Shown: positions 9,340 through 19,616 of the stretch, one piece after another
How the letters are laid out: each line of letters starts with the position of its first letter
How positions within the stretch are numbered: the stretch's first letter is position 1
From: Bdellovibrio sp.
GTDB lineage: Bacteria > Bdellovibrionota > Bdellovibrionia > Bdellovibrionales > Bdellovibrionaceae
Assembly: GCA_036676395.1 (NCBI GenBank)
Contig: JAKFCY010000003.1
Location: 448,001-512,000 of the forward strand
DNA length: 64,000 bases
Reading direction: 5' to 3'
Notes under the pieces: generated by a model
Databases searched by the model: none
Told to the model about the DNA's origin: nothing
Seen by the model: the letters and a program-made list of their open reading frames with translations, nothing else
Translations under genes and position numbers: made by a program

Positions 9340-10635
9340 TTAGCGAATCTCGGTTTTGTTACCCATGTACGGGCGTAAAACCTTCGGAATTTCGATAGAA
9401 CCGTCTTCGCGCTGATAGTTTTCCATAATCGCGATTAAAGTTCTGCCAACGGCTAATCCTGAGCCATTCAGTGTGTGAACAAACTGAGGTTTGCCACCAT
9501 CTTTGGGCTTAAAACGGATATTTGCACGGCGGGCCTGAAAGTCTTCAAAATTTGAGCAAGAGCTGATTTCGCGGTAAGTGTTTTGACCAGGTAACCAGAC
9601 GTTTAAATCGTAGGTTTTAGCTGATCCAAACCCCATATCGCCCGTGCATAATAAAACTTTTTGGTAAGAAAGTTCTAAACTAGTTAAAACTTTTTCAGCG
9701 TGTGAAGTTAATTGTTCATGCACTTCATGAGATTGCGATGGATGGCAGAAAGTCATTAATTCAACTTTATTGAACTGATGTTGGCGAATTAAACCTTTAG
9801 TGTCTTTACCCGCACTTCCAGCTTCAGATCTGAAACATGGAGAATACGCACAGAAAGATTGTGGTAATTGGTCTTCTGATAAAGTTTCGTTGTTATAGTA
9901 ATTCGTTACCGGAACTTCTGATGTCGGAATCAAACAGTAGTCAGTGCCTTCTAATCTAAAAACATCTTCTTTAAATTTCGGAAACTGCCCTGTGCCGACA
10001 AAACTATTACTATTCGCCATAAATGGCGGAATCATTTCAGTGTAGCCATGATGAGTAGAATGCAGATCCATCATAAATTGCATCAACGCACGCTCCATCT
10101 GAGCGGCCCCACCTTTTAAAAACGTAAAGCGGGCGCCAGTCACTTTAGCTGCGCGTTCGAAATCTAAAATATTTAATTTTTCGCCAAGCTCGATATGTTC
10201 TTTAGCTTTAAAAGAAAATTTCTTTGCTTCGCCCACAGTAGATATGATTTTGTTGTCGTGTTCAGATTTACCCACCGGAACAGATGTGTGGGGTTTATTC
10301 GGGATCGTTAATAATAAATTATAAACCTCTAAATCTTTTTCAGCGGCTTGTGTTTCAAGTTCTTTTACACGGGCTTTTAATTGATCGACTTGTGAAAGAA
10401 TGTGTGAAGCATCTTTACCTTCGCGTTTTAACTGGCCAACTTCAGCGCTTAATTTATTTTGCCCGGCTTTTTCAGTTTCAGCTTGGTTGATCATTTCTTT
10501 GCGAGTGATGTTTGCTTTCATGATCTGTTCAAGAATTTCAGTCGAAGCCCCGCGATTAATTAGACCTTGCTTGTAGTCATCAAAATATGAAGTTCCGTTT
10601 TCAGCTTTTTTTTCTAAGAGCTTAATATCAATCAC
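9340..10635 (-). CDS. serS: Serine--tRNA ligase
   Basis: [42 protein letters not shown] start with AGGA RBS. Confidence 0.98.
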   Translation of the reverse strand: MIDIKLLEKKAENGTSYFDDYKQGLINRGASTEILEQIMKANITRKEMINQAETEKAGQNKLSAEVGQLKREGKDASHILSQVDQLKARVKELETQAAEKDLEVYNLLLTIPNKPHTSVPVGKSEHDNKIISTVGEAKKFSFKAKEHIELGEKLNILDFERAAKVTGARFTFLKGGAAQMERALMQFMMDLHSTHHGYTEMIPPFMANSNSFVGTGQFPKFKEDVFRLEGTDYCLIPTSEVPVTNYYNNETLSEDQLPQSFCAYSPCFRSEAGSAGKDTKGLIRQHQFNKVELMTFCHPSQSHEVHEQLTSHAEKVLTSLELSYQKVLLCTGDMGFGSAKTYDLNVWLPGQNTYREISSCSNFEDFQARRANIRFKPKDGGKPQFVHTLNGSGLAVGRTLIAIMENYQREDGSIEIPKVLRPYMGNKTEIR

Positions 10636-10680
10636 AAAAAATCCTAACTTGTCTGTTATTGGCGTTTTTTCAACGCGACC

Positions 10681-10989
10681 TTATGGCGCCATCTTTATAT
10701 ACATCGTTAAGATCTGACCGATCAAGTAACAGATAAGGTCAAAAATAAGAATGTGAATCATTGTCAGGCGGCTTAAGCCTTTATAAATTGCTGCAGTGAA
10801 TACCAAAGTCAAAAACAACAGCATAAAAGTGCCAGATTGCGTAAGTTCTTGAATAACAAGCGACACGACGAGGCCGATAAAAAATCCGGAAGCTAAGCGT
10901 AACAATGAATGGGCTAAGCCGTGAGAAGCATTTTTAGCACCAGCCTGTAGATCATTAGAAAAGCCTTTAAATTTTTCTCCGATAGTCAT
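10681..10989 (-). CDS. Small membrane protein (about 3 TM), hypothetical
   Basis: Hydrophobic segments; lies in an operon-like position between the TPR gene and serS. Confidence 0.7.
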   Translation of the reverse strand: MTIGEKFKGFSNDLQAGAKNASHGLAHSLLRLASGFFIGLVVSLVIQELTQSGTFMLLFLTLVFTAAIYKGLSRLTMIHILIFDLICYLIGQILTMYIKMAP

Positions 10990-10994
10990 CTTTG

Positions 10995-13946
10995 CTATCC
11001 TCCTAATGAAGATATTTTATCTTCAATTTGTTTTCTGTCCAGCGCATTTGGTGAAAGTTCAATGTAAAGTCGAAACAATTCGCGGGCAGACTTACGGTCA
11101 CCCTGGGCTTCCATAATATAAGCTCTTTCGCGGTAAAGGGGCGCAAAGCCACTTTCTTTTTGCCGCGCGATCTCTAACATATCTAAAGCGATATCAGTGG
11201 CATCACTTTTACGGTAACAATTGGCCGCTTTGACATAAAGGTCAGCCGAAGTGGGGCGAAGCTTAATGCCTTGCGAATATTCAGCAGCGCATTCTTTAAA
11301 TTGCTCTTTAGCGTTGTAAACCGTAGCGGCCAATAAATAAGGATCGGCAATACCAGGGTTTTTGGTTTTTTCGTCTTTAATCATTTCAAGGGCTTTATCA
11401 AATTCACCTAATTCAAAATGACAGCGCGCCAAAAAGTAAGAAATTCTTGGGTAACTTGGATTAACCCGTTTAACCATTTCAAACTTTTTATAAGCACTTT
11501 GAATAACGGCATTAGCATCTTTACTGCCAGGATTTTCTAATTCTAGTTGTGCGGTGGCAAATAATGGTTCGACATCAGATGGGTCAAGCACCGCTGCATC
11601 CATATAATATTTCTGCGCGACTTTAATTTCATTCATGTATTGATTGCTGCGCGCTAAACCCATTAAAGCTTTTTTATTTTTTGGATCAGTTTCAACAATT
11701 TGGGCATAAATTTCAGAAGCTGACCTGTACTTTTCTTGCAGTTCATAAAAATCAGCTAAACCTAAGCGGTAATCAATCGTGTAAGGAAAAGTTTCAATTA
11801 ATTTTTTAAAATTAGTTTCGGCCGCAATGTTGCCTTGTTTTGCATAGAGGTATTTTGAATACGTAATTTGCGCTTCTGGTTTTCCGGGCTCAAGATCCAC
11901 GGCTTTACTAGAGTATTTCTGGGCGTCTTCTAAATACTTGGCTTTGCGATTTTCTTCTTCTTTTGTGCGAGACGGAGAATTTAAAAATAAATTGATATTT
12001 GCATTCGCGATTAAACTTAAAAGCTCGACATCGGCATCATACATTTTAATCGCTTTTTCGCCGTAAGTGATGGCTGTGTTCATGCTGTTTTTACGAAACT
12101 CAACAAGGGCCTGAGTTTTAACAACGTCAAAGTTGACGCCACCGGCGCGCAGTGAATCTTGCAATGTTTTAAAAGCTTCGCCGAAAGAATATTTTTGTGA
12201 CAGATAATCTGCTTTTAGTGCATAGGCTTGTGAAAGTTTTGGATCGGCTTTGATAGCCCGATCAACCCAAGTTAAAGCTTCACGTGATTGATTGATTGCC
12301 CATAAACTTTTTGCGGCTTTTAGCGCGGGCTCGGCATTTGTTTTATCAAATTCAAAAGCTGCTTTAAACTGGGCTTGCGCCGCTAAGTGATCACCAGATC
12401 TGGCAAATTGATCACCTAAAAAAACTAATTCAGCAGATTGATTGTTGCCGCGATCTTCTCCGCCAAGTGACATGACAAGCTCTTTAATGGCTCGATGGCT
12501 CGGGCTAATCGTTAATGCAAATTGGCCGACATCAAGAGCTTTAGAATTGTCTTTGCGAGAAATTAATAACTGAATATATTCTTGAAGCGCATCCATGTGA
12601 AAACCTTTGGGTAGTTTTCCGTCGATGGCGTAGGCCTGGCTAAAATAATTTAGAGCTTTCTCTGTGCCTGAATTTTTTAATTCAACTAAGCCCATGCCAT
12701 AAAGAGCCCCTTTGTATTCAGGGTAATCGCGTAAAATATTTGTGTAAGAATCTTTGGCTTCGTTGTATTTACCTTGTTTGTAATATGATCTGGCCAAAGC
12801 AAACTGCGCCCACGCCCAGCCCGGAAACGATTTCACTGCTTCAACGTAATAGGCTTCAGCGCTGATATGGTTTTGCATATCTTCTAAGATTTGCCCTTTA
12901 ATTAAATACAAAAAGGGAAATAAAATAAAACGTTCGCCGCTTTGCTGATCTAAAGTTTTTTCAATCAAGCCGCGGGCATCACGGGGTTGACCTTTGGCTA
13001 ATAGGTAAACTGATTGGCAAGTGTCTGAATAATTTGAGATCGGATTAATCGTGCGACTCATCTGAGTCACGATTGTGATGGCCTTAAGGTCATTTGAATT
13101 TTGCTTGGTGTAAGGCCAAAGCTGTTCGTACACCACACAAAGTAGTCCCAAAAGTTCTAAATCATTTGGTGCATTTTCAGAAGCTTGCGCTAAAAATTTT
13201 TGTGAATCGCGTGTATTTTCTAACGAACCGCTTTTGATCATAGCGATCGCGCGCGTTTTTAAAATACGAACTTCATTTTCAGTTAATTTTTTTTCAGCCC
13301 CGCGAATTGGGGCAATAAGCACCCAGCCACTTGTTTTTTTTGCAGACGGCGAAAGAACAAAATACAAACCAACGATGACGACAAGAATTAATGCAACAAA
13401 TGGGTAAAACTTTTTGGATTCACGTGACTGGATATTTTTTAACTGCTGCATTTCGATCGTCAGCTGTTCATCGCGTGCTTGTAGTAGCGCATTTTGATCA
13501 GTGCCACGGGCCGGTAATTGCGATGCACGCCCTGACTGGCCGGCAGTAGGAACCATCGAAGAAGTGGGTTTTTTTAATTCTTCTTGAACGAGCTGTTTAA
13601 TTTCATCTTTAAATTCTGGAGCAGCTTCAACATCTTCAGGTGTTTCATCTGTAGGAGCTATCACTGGTGCGGATTGAATTTGGGTTTCAGCGTCCATTTT
13701 CAGAGCTTTTTTCTCGTCTCGCTCTGTGGGGTTTTCTAAAGATTCTAAAAGGGCTTCATAGAATTCATGAACCTTTGAAAGTGGGCGCCATTCAGCACTT
13801 GGATGTTGCGCAACTTCTTCTTGGCCACTTAAAATACCTTCAACAATCATCTTACTGATAGACTCGCTTGGAAATGGCCCTTTGATTTGGCCATTCTCCA
13901 TTTTGACTCTCCACTGATCGTTAAAATTAACTCGTTTTCCCATCAT
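10995..13946 (-). CDS. Membrane-anchored TPR protein with an N-terminal GYF_2-like domain
   Basis: W......G.IKGPF....I......G.L.....V......W..L GYF_2 pattern, one TM, then many TPR repeats; start set at MMGKR. Confidence 0.85.
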   Translation of the reverse strand: MMGKRVNFNDQWRVKMENGQIKGPFPSESISKMIVEGILSGQEEVAQHPSAEWRPLSKVHEFYEALLESLENPTERDEKKALKMDAETQIQSAPVIAPTDETPEDVEAAPEFKDEIKQLVQEELKKPTSSMVPTAGQSGRASQLPARGTDQNALLQARDEQLTIEMQQLKNIQSRESKKFYPFVALILVVIVGLYFVLSPSAKKTSGWVLIAPIRGAEKKLTENEVRILKTRAIAMIKSGSLENTRDSQKFLAQASENAPNDLELLGLLCVVYEQLWPYTKQNSNDLKAITIVTQMSRTINPISNYSDTCQSVYLLAKGQPRDARGLIEKTLDQQSGERFILFPFLYLIKGQILEDMQNHISAEAYYVEAVKSFPGWAWAQFALARSYYKQGKYNEAKDSYTNILRDYPEYKGALYGMGLVELKNSGTEKALNYFSQAYAIDGKLPKGFHMDALQEYIQLLISRKDNSKALDVGQFALTISPSHRAIKELVMSLGGEDRGNNQSAELVFLGDQFARSGDHLAAQAQFKAAFEFDKTNAEPALKAAKSLWAINQSREALTWVDRAIKADPKLSQAYALKADYLSQKYSFGEAFKTLQDSLRAGGVNFDVVKTQALVEFRKNSMNTAITYGEKAIKMYDADVELLSLIANANINLFLNSPSRTKEEENRKAKYLEDAQKYSSKAVDLEPGKPEAQITYSKYLYAKQGNIAAETNFKKLIETFPYTIDYRLGLADFYELQEKYRSASEIYAQIVETDPKNKKALMGLARSNQYMNEIKVAQKYYMDAAVLDPSDVEPLFATAQLELENPGSKDANAVIQSAYKKFEMVKRVNPSYPRISYFLARCHFELGEFDKALEMIKDEKTKNPGIADPYLLAATVYNAKEQFKECAAEYSQGIKLRPTSADLYVKAANCYRKSDATDIALDMLEIARQKESGFAPLYRERAYIMEAQGDRKSARELFRLYIELSPNALDRKQIEDKISSLGG

Positions 13947-14112
13947 ATCTATTATGAAATGGAAATGCTTGCGTGACAGCTGAATGATAAAAATTCGGAC
14001 CCAACTTATGACCAAAGTCCGATGTTGGAACCAGTTAATAGTTCCAACTTGGAACCGCTTGATTTCATTATGTAATTCAAAGCCGCTTTAGGGGTACTAG
14101 GTTGACGAGTAA

Positions 14113-14129
14113 TTGGCATTGCAGTTGCT
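14113..14129 (+). promoter_or_regulatory. sigma54 (-24/-12) promoter
   Basis: TTGGCATTGCAGTTGCT: GG-N10-GC with TGGCA and TTGC elements. Confidence 0.75.
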
Positions 14130-14142
14130 ATAAGAAACTCAC

Positions 14143-14289
14143 ATGAAATGGGTTGCAGTTGCATACATCATCGCAGTTTTGGTGATCTCAGCGAAAGCTA
14201 AGGCCATCAGCTACGAAAACGTAGTAAACTCAAACGTGTTTCAGACAACAGATTTTGTTTTAGATTACCAAGCGAAGATCTCTGAATAA
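14143..14289 (+). CDS. Putative 48-aa secreted peptide (leaderless)
   Basis: MKWVAVAYIIAVLVISAKAKA-ISYENVVNSNVFQTTDFVLDYQAKISE; signal-peptide-like; ATG about 3 nt after the predicted sigma54 TSS. Confidence 0.5.
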   Translation: MKWVAVAYIIAVLVISAKAKAISYENVVNSNVFQTTDFVLDYQAKISE

Positions 14290-14508
14290 CTAATTCAGGA
14301 TCCCCTCCCAGAACAAGCCTCAGAGCTTTGTTTGGTAAATGTAGATTTGAATTTCAAAATCATACCGGCAACGGTAGCGGTTTTTAAAAGGCTTGATTGT
14401 GGCCCCTCCTCGATCAGGCCTTAATTTTTTCTCCCATCGGAGAATTCTTTTTTAAACAATCAATAAAAATTTTAAAACTAATTTCGGCGAGGCCGAATAA
14501 CTAATTCA
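14284..14508. repeat. Exact 14-bp direct repeat GAATAACTAATTCA (14284-14297 and 14495-14508)
   Basis: Read directly; the copies cover the stop codons of the small ORF and of murA. Confidence 0.85.
14298..14453 (+). ncRNA. Candidate structured RNA / 3' UTR sRNA with C-rich motifs
   Basis: Several hairpins, including a GCAA tetraloop (14363-14376) and a 12-bp stem with two U.G pairs (14388-14422) whose loop is CCCCUCC-containing; U-rich tails follow. Confidence 0.4.
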
Positions 14509-15754
14509 CGCGTTCAATTTTTGCGCCTAAAGCTGAAAGTTTACCTTCTAAATTTTCGTAACCGCGATCTAAGTGATAAATGCGTCCGACTAAAGTTTCG
14601 CCTGAAGCAACTAAGCCAGCTAATACTAAACTTGCTGAAGCTCTTAAATCAGTAGCCATAACCGGTGCACCAGATAAGCCGCCAGGTTTGCCGCGCACGA
14701 CAGCCACTTGAGTTTTAGGAGTAATGTCTGCACCTAAGCGCATTAATTCATTCACATGCATGAAGCGATTTTCAAATACTGTTTCAGTGATCACACTTGT
14801 TCCATGAGCGACTGTCATCAAAGCCATAAACTGCGCTTGTAGATCTGTTGCAAACAATGGATGAGGAGCTGTGGTGATATCTACGGCTTCCCATTTATCT
14901 TGTGGCAAAACGCGAACTGAATCTTTTGTGGTTTCTATTTTGAAACCTGATTCTTTCATTTTGTTGATAAGTGCTTCTAGATCATGTGGATTACATTTTT
15001 CGACAAGAACATTACCTTTTGTAATAGCGCCGGCGATCATTAATGTTCCGGCTTCAATACGATCAGGCATAATGGCGTGACGAGCAGGAGTTAATTTAGC
15101 AACGCCTTCAATTCTCATTACACTGGTGCCGTGACCGGTAATTTTTGCGCCCATTTTATTAAGATAGTTTCCTAAATCAACAATCTCAGGTTCTTTCGCA
15201 GCATTTTCGATGATCGTAACACCTTCAGCAAGAGTTGCGGCCATCATTAAATTTTCAGTTCCGCCGACAGTTGTTTTTTCAAACAACACCGTTGCACCTT
15301 GAAGTTTTTTACATTTTGCTAATACATATCCATCTTTTAATTCAATCTCTGCACCAAGAGCTTTCATTGCATCTAAGTGAAGATCTATTGGGCGAGTACC
15401 AATCGCACAACCCCCAGGAAGCGAAACTATAGCTTCGCCGTACTTTGCTAAGATCGGGCCTAAGCAAAGAATACTGGCACGCATTTTTCTGACTAGATCG
15501 TAATGCGCTTCAAAAGTTTTTAATTTAGTTACGTTGACACGAAATGTGTGGCCATCACGTTTTGATTCGCAGCCTAAGCTTTGTAAAAGCTCTGCTGTTG
15601 ATTCGATATCTTTAAGAAGTGGAACATTATCAAATGTATGTTCGCCTTCGGCTAAAAGTGTAGAAAATAAAATTGGAAGGGCTGCGTTTTTTGCGCCGCT
15701 GACGCTGACTGAACCATTTAGTGAAGCACCGCCGGTGACTAACATTTTATCCAT
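14501..15754 (-). CDS. murA: UDP-N-acetylglucosamine 1-carboxyvinyltransferase
   Basis: SGAKNAALP, LPGGCAIGTRP (catalytic Cys), TDLRA, HLDRGYE; start may be 15766. Confidence 0.98.
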   Translation of the reverse strand: MDKMLVTGGASLNGSVSVSGAKNAALPILFSTLLAEGEHTFDNVPLLKDIESTAELLQSLGCESKRDGHTFRVNVTKLKTFEAHYDLVRKMRASILCLGPILAKYGEAIVSLPGGCAIGTRPIDLHLDAMKALGAEIELKDGYVLAKCKKLQGATVLFEKTTVGGTENLMMAATLAEGVTIIENAAKEPEIVDLGNYLNKMGAKITGHGTSVMRIEGVAKLTPARHAIMPDRIEAGTLMIAGAITKGNVLVEKCNPHDLEALINKMKESGFKIETTKDSVRVLPQDKWEAVDITTAPHPLFATDLQAQFMALMTVAHGTSVITETVFENRFMHVNELMRLGADITPKTQVAVVRGKPGGLSGAPVMATDLRASASLVLAGLVASGETLVGRIYHLDRGYENLEGKLSALGAKIERVN

Positions 15755-15781
15755 TGAAATATCCATTTCGTTAAAGAGATA

Positions 15782-16636
15782 TTATGCTCTGGCTTTGATG
15801 ATTCGATCAAGTCCTGACAAGTCTTTTAAAACTGTAACTTCTTTAAATTTAGGAATATCGGCAAAGTGCTTTTTCATGATCGCACCTTGAGTATGGCCCA
15901 TTTCAAAAAGCATTAGACCTTCGGCCTTTAAGCAGGGAGCAAATTTAGACGACCAAGTTTTGAGTGCGTATAAACCAGCGTCATCAGCAAATAAAGCTAA
16001 GCCTGGTTCATATTTACGAACGTTAGCTTCTACTTGCGTGTCGTTCACATCAATATATGGTGGGTTTGAAACGATATAATCAAATTCACCCAAGTCTGAA
16101 AGATTTAAACTTTCAACATCGGCGTGAATGGCTTCAGCACGTGCGCCTAATTCAAGGGATGCGATGTTTTCTTTTACTAAAACAAAGGCTTCGGCCGATT
16201 TTTCAACGGTAATTAGTTTGGCTAAAGGAATATGCTTTAAAATCGATAATCCGATGCAACCTGTACCAGCACCTAGATCTAAAATGCGAACATGGTCTTC
16301 AGGATGTTTTTTAAAATCAGCCAAAACGTCATCAACGATCATTTCAGTTTCTGGGCGAGGAATTAAAACGCCCGGCTTAACTTTGAACAGATGCCCGTAA
16401 AAGCCTTTTTCTTCGATGATGTAGGCTACGGGTTCGCCAGCGGTTCTGCGCTTAACAAATTCGCGGCAAAGATTAACTTCAGCTTCAGTTAACGGAGAAT
16501 CAAATTTTACATATAATTGAATGCGCGGAATTTTAAGTGCGTGCGCAATTAAAAGTTCGGCGTCTAAACGGGGCGTATCGAATTTTTTATCTTTAAAGAA
16601 CTGAATTGTTTTTTGAAGGACATCATTCAGTTTCAT
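15782..16636 (-). CDS. prmC: Release factor glutamine methyltransferase
   Basis: VLIPRPETE, LDLGAGTG, SNPPY; directly downstream of prfA. Confidence 0.97.
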   Translation of the reverse strand: MKLNDVLQKTIQFFKDKKFDTPRLDAELLIAHALKIPRIQLYVKFDSPLTEAEVNLCREFVKRRTAGEPVAYIIEEKGFYGHLFKVKPGVLIPRPETEMIVDDVLADFKKHPEDHVRILDLGAGTGCIGLSILKHIPLAKLITVEKSAEAFVLVKENIASLELGARAEAIHADVESLNLSDLGEFDYIVSNPPYIDVNDTQVEANVRKYEPGLALFADDAGLYALKTWSSKFAPCLKAEGLMLFEMGHTQGAIMKKHFADIPKFKEVTVLKDLSGLDRIIKARA

Positions 16637-16648
16637 GTGCACTCGCTA

Positions 16649-17728
16649 TTAGTAAGCGTTTGAGGCTTGTTTTTTTAGCTGCTCAGCCTGGAAGTAAGTA
16701 TTTATTGGATCAATTAATATTTCAAATTTTCCGCCCATGACCTGGTCTAACTGGTGAATTGTAAGTCCAATGCGGTGATCAGTGATACGAGTTTGTGGGA
16801 AGTTGTAAGTGCGAATACGTTCTGAACGGTCACCAGTTCCGATTTGATCTAAACGAGCATCAGAAGCTTCTTTCATACGTTTGTCGTCTTCGATTTGCTG
16901 TAATTTCGCAGCTAAAATTTGAAGGGCTCGATCTCTATTGCTATGCTGAGACTTCCCCTCTTGGCATTTAACTTCGATTCCCGTTGGAAGATGGACGACA
17001 CGGACAGCTGATTCTGTTCTGTTCACGGACTGTCCACCAGCTCCTTGCGAACGCATCGTTTCAAAATGAAGATCACTTTGATTAATTTTAATATCTTTAA
17101 TTTCAACTTCCGGAATAACGGCAACAGTTACTGTTGAAGTGTGAATACGGCCCGCAGCTTCAGTTTTAGGAACACGTTGCACGCGGTGAACGCCTGATTC
17201 GTATTTCATTTTCGAGAAAACAGAATTGCCAGAAATAGAAATAATAACTTCTTTGGCTCCTCCAACATTACCTTCTGAGTAAGAAACCATTTCGGCTTTC
17301 CAACCCATAGTTCCAGCGTAATGAGCGTAAGCGCGGAATAATTCATCTGCAAAAAGTGAAGCTTCATCGCCACCGGCACCGGCGCGAATCTCTAAAAGAA
17401 TATTTTTATCGTCGTTAGGATCTTTTGGAAGTAACGCTAATTTTAAATTTTCTTCGATTTGGGGAATTGATTCTTCAAGTTCTTTAACTTCTTCACGAAT
17501 CATTTCACGCATTTCAGGATCTTGTTCGGCAGTTAAAAGAAGTTTACTCTCTTTAAGAGCGACAGTTTTCTTTTTGTAATCACGGTACAGAACCACGATT
17601 TTTTCTAATTCAGAAAGTTCTTTCATCAACGAGAGATATTTTTTCTGGTCAGACGCAATATCAGGACGCTGAAGTGACATGTTCACTTCTTCATATCTTG
17701 ATTCTACTGAGTCTAATTTTGAAAACAT
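16649..17728 (-). CDS. prfA: Peptide chain release factor 1
   Basis: PxT motif (VPKTE), GGQ, RTYNFPQ. Confidence 0.98.
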   Translation of the reverse strand: MFSKLDSVESRYEEVNMSLQRPDIASDQKKYLSLMKELSELEKIVVLYRDYKKKTVALKESKLLLTAEQDPEMREMIREEVKELEESIPQIEENLKLALLPKDPNDDKNILLEIRAGAGGDEASLFADELFRAYAHYAGTMGWKAEMVSYSEGNVGGAKEVIISISGNSVFSKMKYESGVHRVQRVPKTEAAGRIHTSTVTVAVIPEVEIKDIKINQSDLHFETMRSQGAGGQSVNRTESAVRVVHLPTGIEVKCQEGKSQHSNRDRALQILAAKLQQIEDDKRMKEASDARLDQIGTGDRSERIRTYNFPQTRITDHRIGLTIHQLDQVMGGKFEILIDPINTYFQAEQLKKQASNAY

Positions 17729-17775
17729 GGTTAAGCTCCGCGACTGAATAATTTTTTCTGATGTAGTGGAAAAAC

Positions 17776-17800
17776 AAAAAGCGGCTGTGTAGCCGCTTTT
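17776..17800 (-). terminator. Rho-independent terminator after rpmE
   Basis: AAAAGCGGCT-gtgt-AGCCGCTTTT. Confidence 0.8.
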
Positions 17801-17824
17801 GTAAATAAATAGCCTTGCGAGAAT

Positions 17825-18082
17825 CTATTTTGCAGCTTTTTTGTCGCCGAATTTTTTCTTGAAACGGTCGATACGGCCTTCAGTATCTAAGATACGTTGT
17901 TTGCCAGTGTAAAATGGGTGAGAAGCTGAAGAGATCTCAACTTTGATAAGTGGATAATCTTTACCGTCAGTCCATTTAGTAGTTTCTTTAGAATCTAGTG
18001 TTGTTGTTCCTAAAAATGAGAAATCACAAGAGATGTCTTTGAATACAACAGTTCTAGTTTTTGGATGTAATGCTTCTTTCAT
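17825..18082 (-). CDS. rpmE: 50S ribosomal protein L31, type B (no Zn ribbon)
   Basis: MK..LHP...[32 protein letters not shown] before the 18082 ATG. Confidence 0.96.
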   Translation of the reverse strand: MKEALHPKTRTVVFKDISCDFSFLGTTTLDSKETTKWTDGKDYPLIKVEISSASHPFYTGKQRILDTEGRIDRFKKKFGDKKAAK

Positions 18083-18379
18083 ATCGTCCTCTGCCTTTAA
18101 TTCGTAAATTCGAGAACCTAGGTGATAGCATAAAAAATGGCCCAGGCTCAAGCGGAAAACCGCGTTATTTTCAGGTGTTGCGGGTGAGCGACCTTATTTG
18201 AAAGAAGCCGACAGCTTGAAAAGGGCGATTTTTAGGCTAATCTTACCCTAAGGCTTAATTTTATAAGTATTTGAAATCATTAGATATTAATACAACAAAA
18301 TAAAATCAGACCGTAACCCTACGGTAAGATCCGATTTTAGCCGACATAGAAGTTAATAGACTTATGTCGGGGTACATTT

Positions 18380-18718
18380 ATGAATAAAGTTTTAATGGGT
18401 TTAACTATGCTCTTTATGGTTCTAGCGACTTCATCGGCTCAGGCCGATTATTCTACAATTCGCTGTGATTTCAAAGAAGAAGGCTTGATGGAGGCCGTGT
18501 TCGGTAAGTTTAAAAAAATACAAACTGAGTGCTGTATGAAACGCCTTGAAGCCCACGAAGCCTGTGAAAGCCGTGAAGAGTATCAGAAATGCAAAAATGG
18601 CGGAAAAGGCACGTTATACGCTGTTGATAGCGGCGTTGAGTGCTCAGAAGGTTGCAAACTATTTCGTGAAGATTGCGATGACTTCATAAGCACTAAAGAT
18701 GTGAATAAACACCTATAG
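18380..18718 (+). CDS. Small secreted 8-Cys protein
   Basis: Signal peptide ending AQA; 8 Cys including a CC pair. Confidence 0.75.
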   Translation: MNKVLMGLTMLFMVLATSSAQADYSTIRCDFKEEGLMEAVFGKFKKIQTECCMKRLEAHEACESREEYQKCKNGGKGTLYAVDSGVECSEGCKLFREDCDDFISTKDVNKHL

Positions 18719-18719
18719 G

Positions 18720-19616
18720 TTATTCTACACCATCAAGATTAGAAACTAATAACGAATCCAGGTACAAGCAGCCATCGGGGTTTGTATCTACTTTTAACAT
18801 AGCTACAACGTCAGAGCCTTTGTTGATTTCAATAAAGGTTGTCGCTGTATCAGTTTTTTGTTCGCTACTAACGCTGACTTTAACTGATTGGCTTAAGGCT
18901 TTATCTAAGCTTTTAGAAATTTCTTTTAAATTTTCAGGGCAAGAAATATCTGAGTCACGTAAACCTAATTGAGGAATGTGATGGCTCCACACCATGTGTG
19001 ATAAAATGCTTAAATCTTTATTTTGCAATTGGCTGACAATTTTTTCTAAATCAGCGGCTTTCGAACAGGTAAATGCCGCATCTGCAGCGTAAGCATCAAG
19101 GTAAGCGCTTAAAGTTGATTTTGAATCACAACTAATTGGGCCAAAGTTGACTTCCCAAGCAGGTAATTCATCTTGTACTTTTTTTAAAAGAGCAACGGCT
19201 TGTGGAGTCTTGTCATTGCCGGCGTTTTTGTAACAAGTGGCAATATTAAAAACGATGTCGCTGTATTGGCCGTCGCTATCTAAAGACTTTGGCGTTTCTA
19301 AAGCGAAATTGTAACTGGCACAGCTTGCGGCTTTAGCTTGGAATTCAGTTTCTTTTTCAGTGCAGTCATCAAGCTTATCAATTTTATCAACTGAAGCCTG
19401 GCATTCGATCTGTAAAGAAGTTGAAATTTCTGCCGGAGCCTGAAAAGCGTCTTGGCCTTGAGCCGTGTCGCTTCCCATTGGCAGATTAATTTTACCACCT
19501 AATAAAAACTTATATAAAATCATGAAAATCAGCAAACCACCGACTAAAAAAGTCAGCGGCAATACAAGTTTTTTGATCAATGGTCTGTCGTCACTAGATT
19601 GGTTTTTTTTATCCAT
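18720..19616 (-). CDS. Single-pass membrane protein with an 8-Cys periplasmic domain, hypothetical
   Basis: N-terminal TM; start overlaps the rho stop (ATGGATAA). Confidence 0.75.
   Translation of the reverse strand: MDKKNQSSDDRPLIKKLVLPLTFLVGGLLIFMILYKFLLGGKINLPMGSDTAQGQDAFQAPAEISTSLQIECQASVDKIDKLDDCTEKETEFQAKAASCASYNFALETPKSLDSDGQYSDIVFNIATCYKNAGNDKTPQAVALLKKVQDELPAWEVNFGPISCDSKSTLSAYLDAYAADAAFTCSKAADLEKIVSQLQNKDLSILSHMVWSHHIPQLGLRDSDISCPENLKEISKSLDKALSQSVKVSVSSEQKTDTATTFIEINKGSDVVAMLKVDTNPDGCLYLDSLLVSNLDGVE

Noticed and set aside
18302..18370. c-di-GMP-I riboswitch
   Set aside because: Two hairpins are present, but the GNRA tetraloop/receptor and conserved GCAAA elements are absent.
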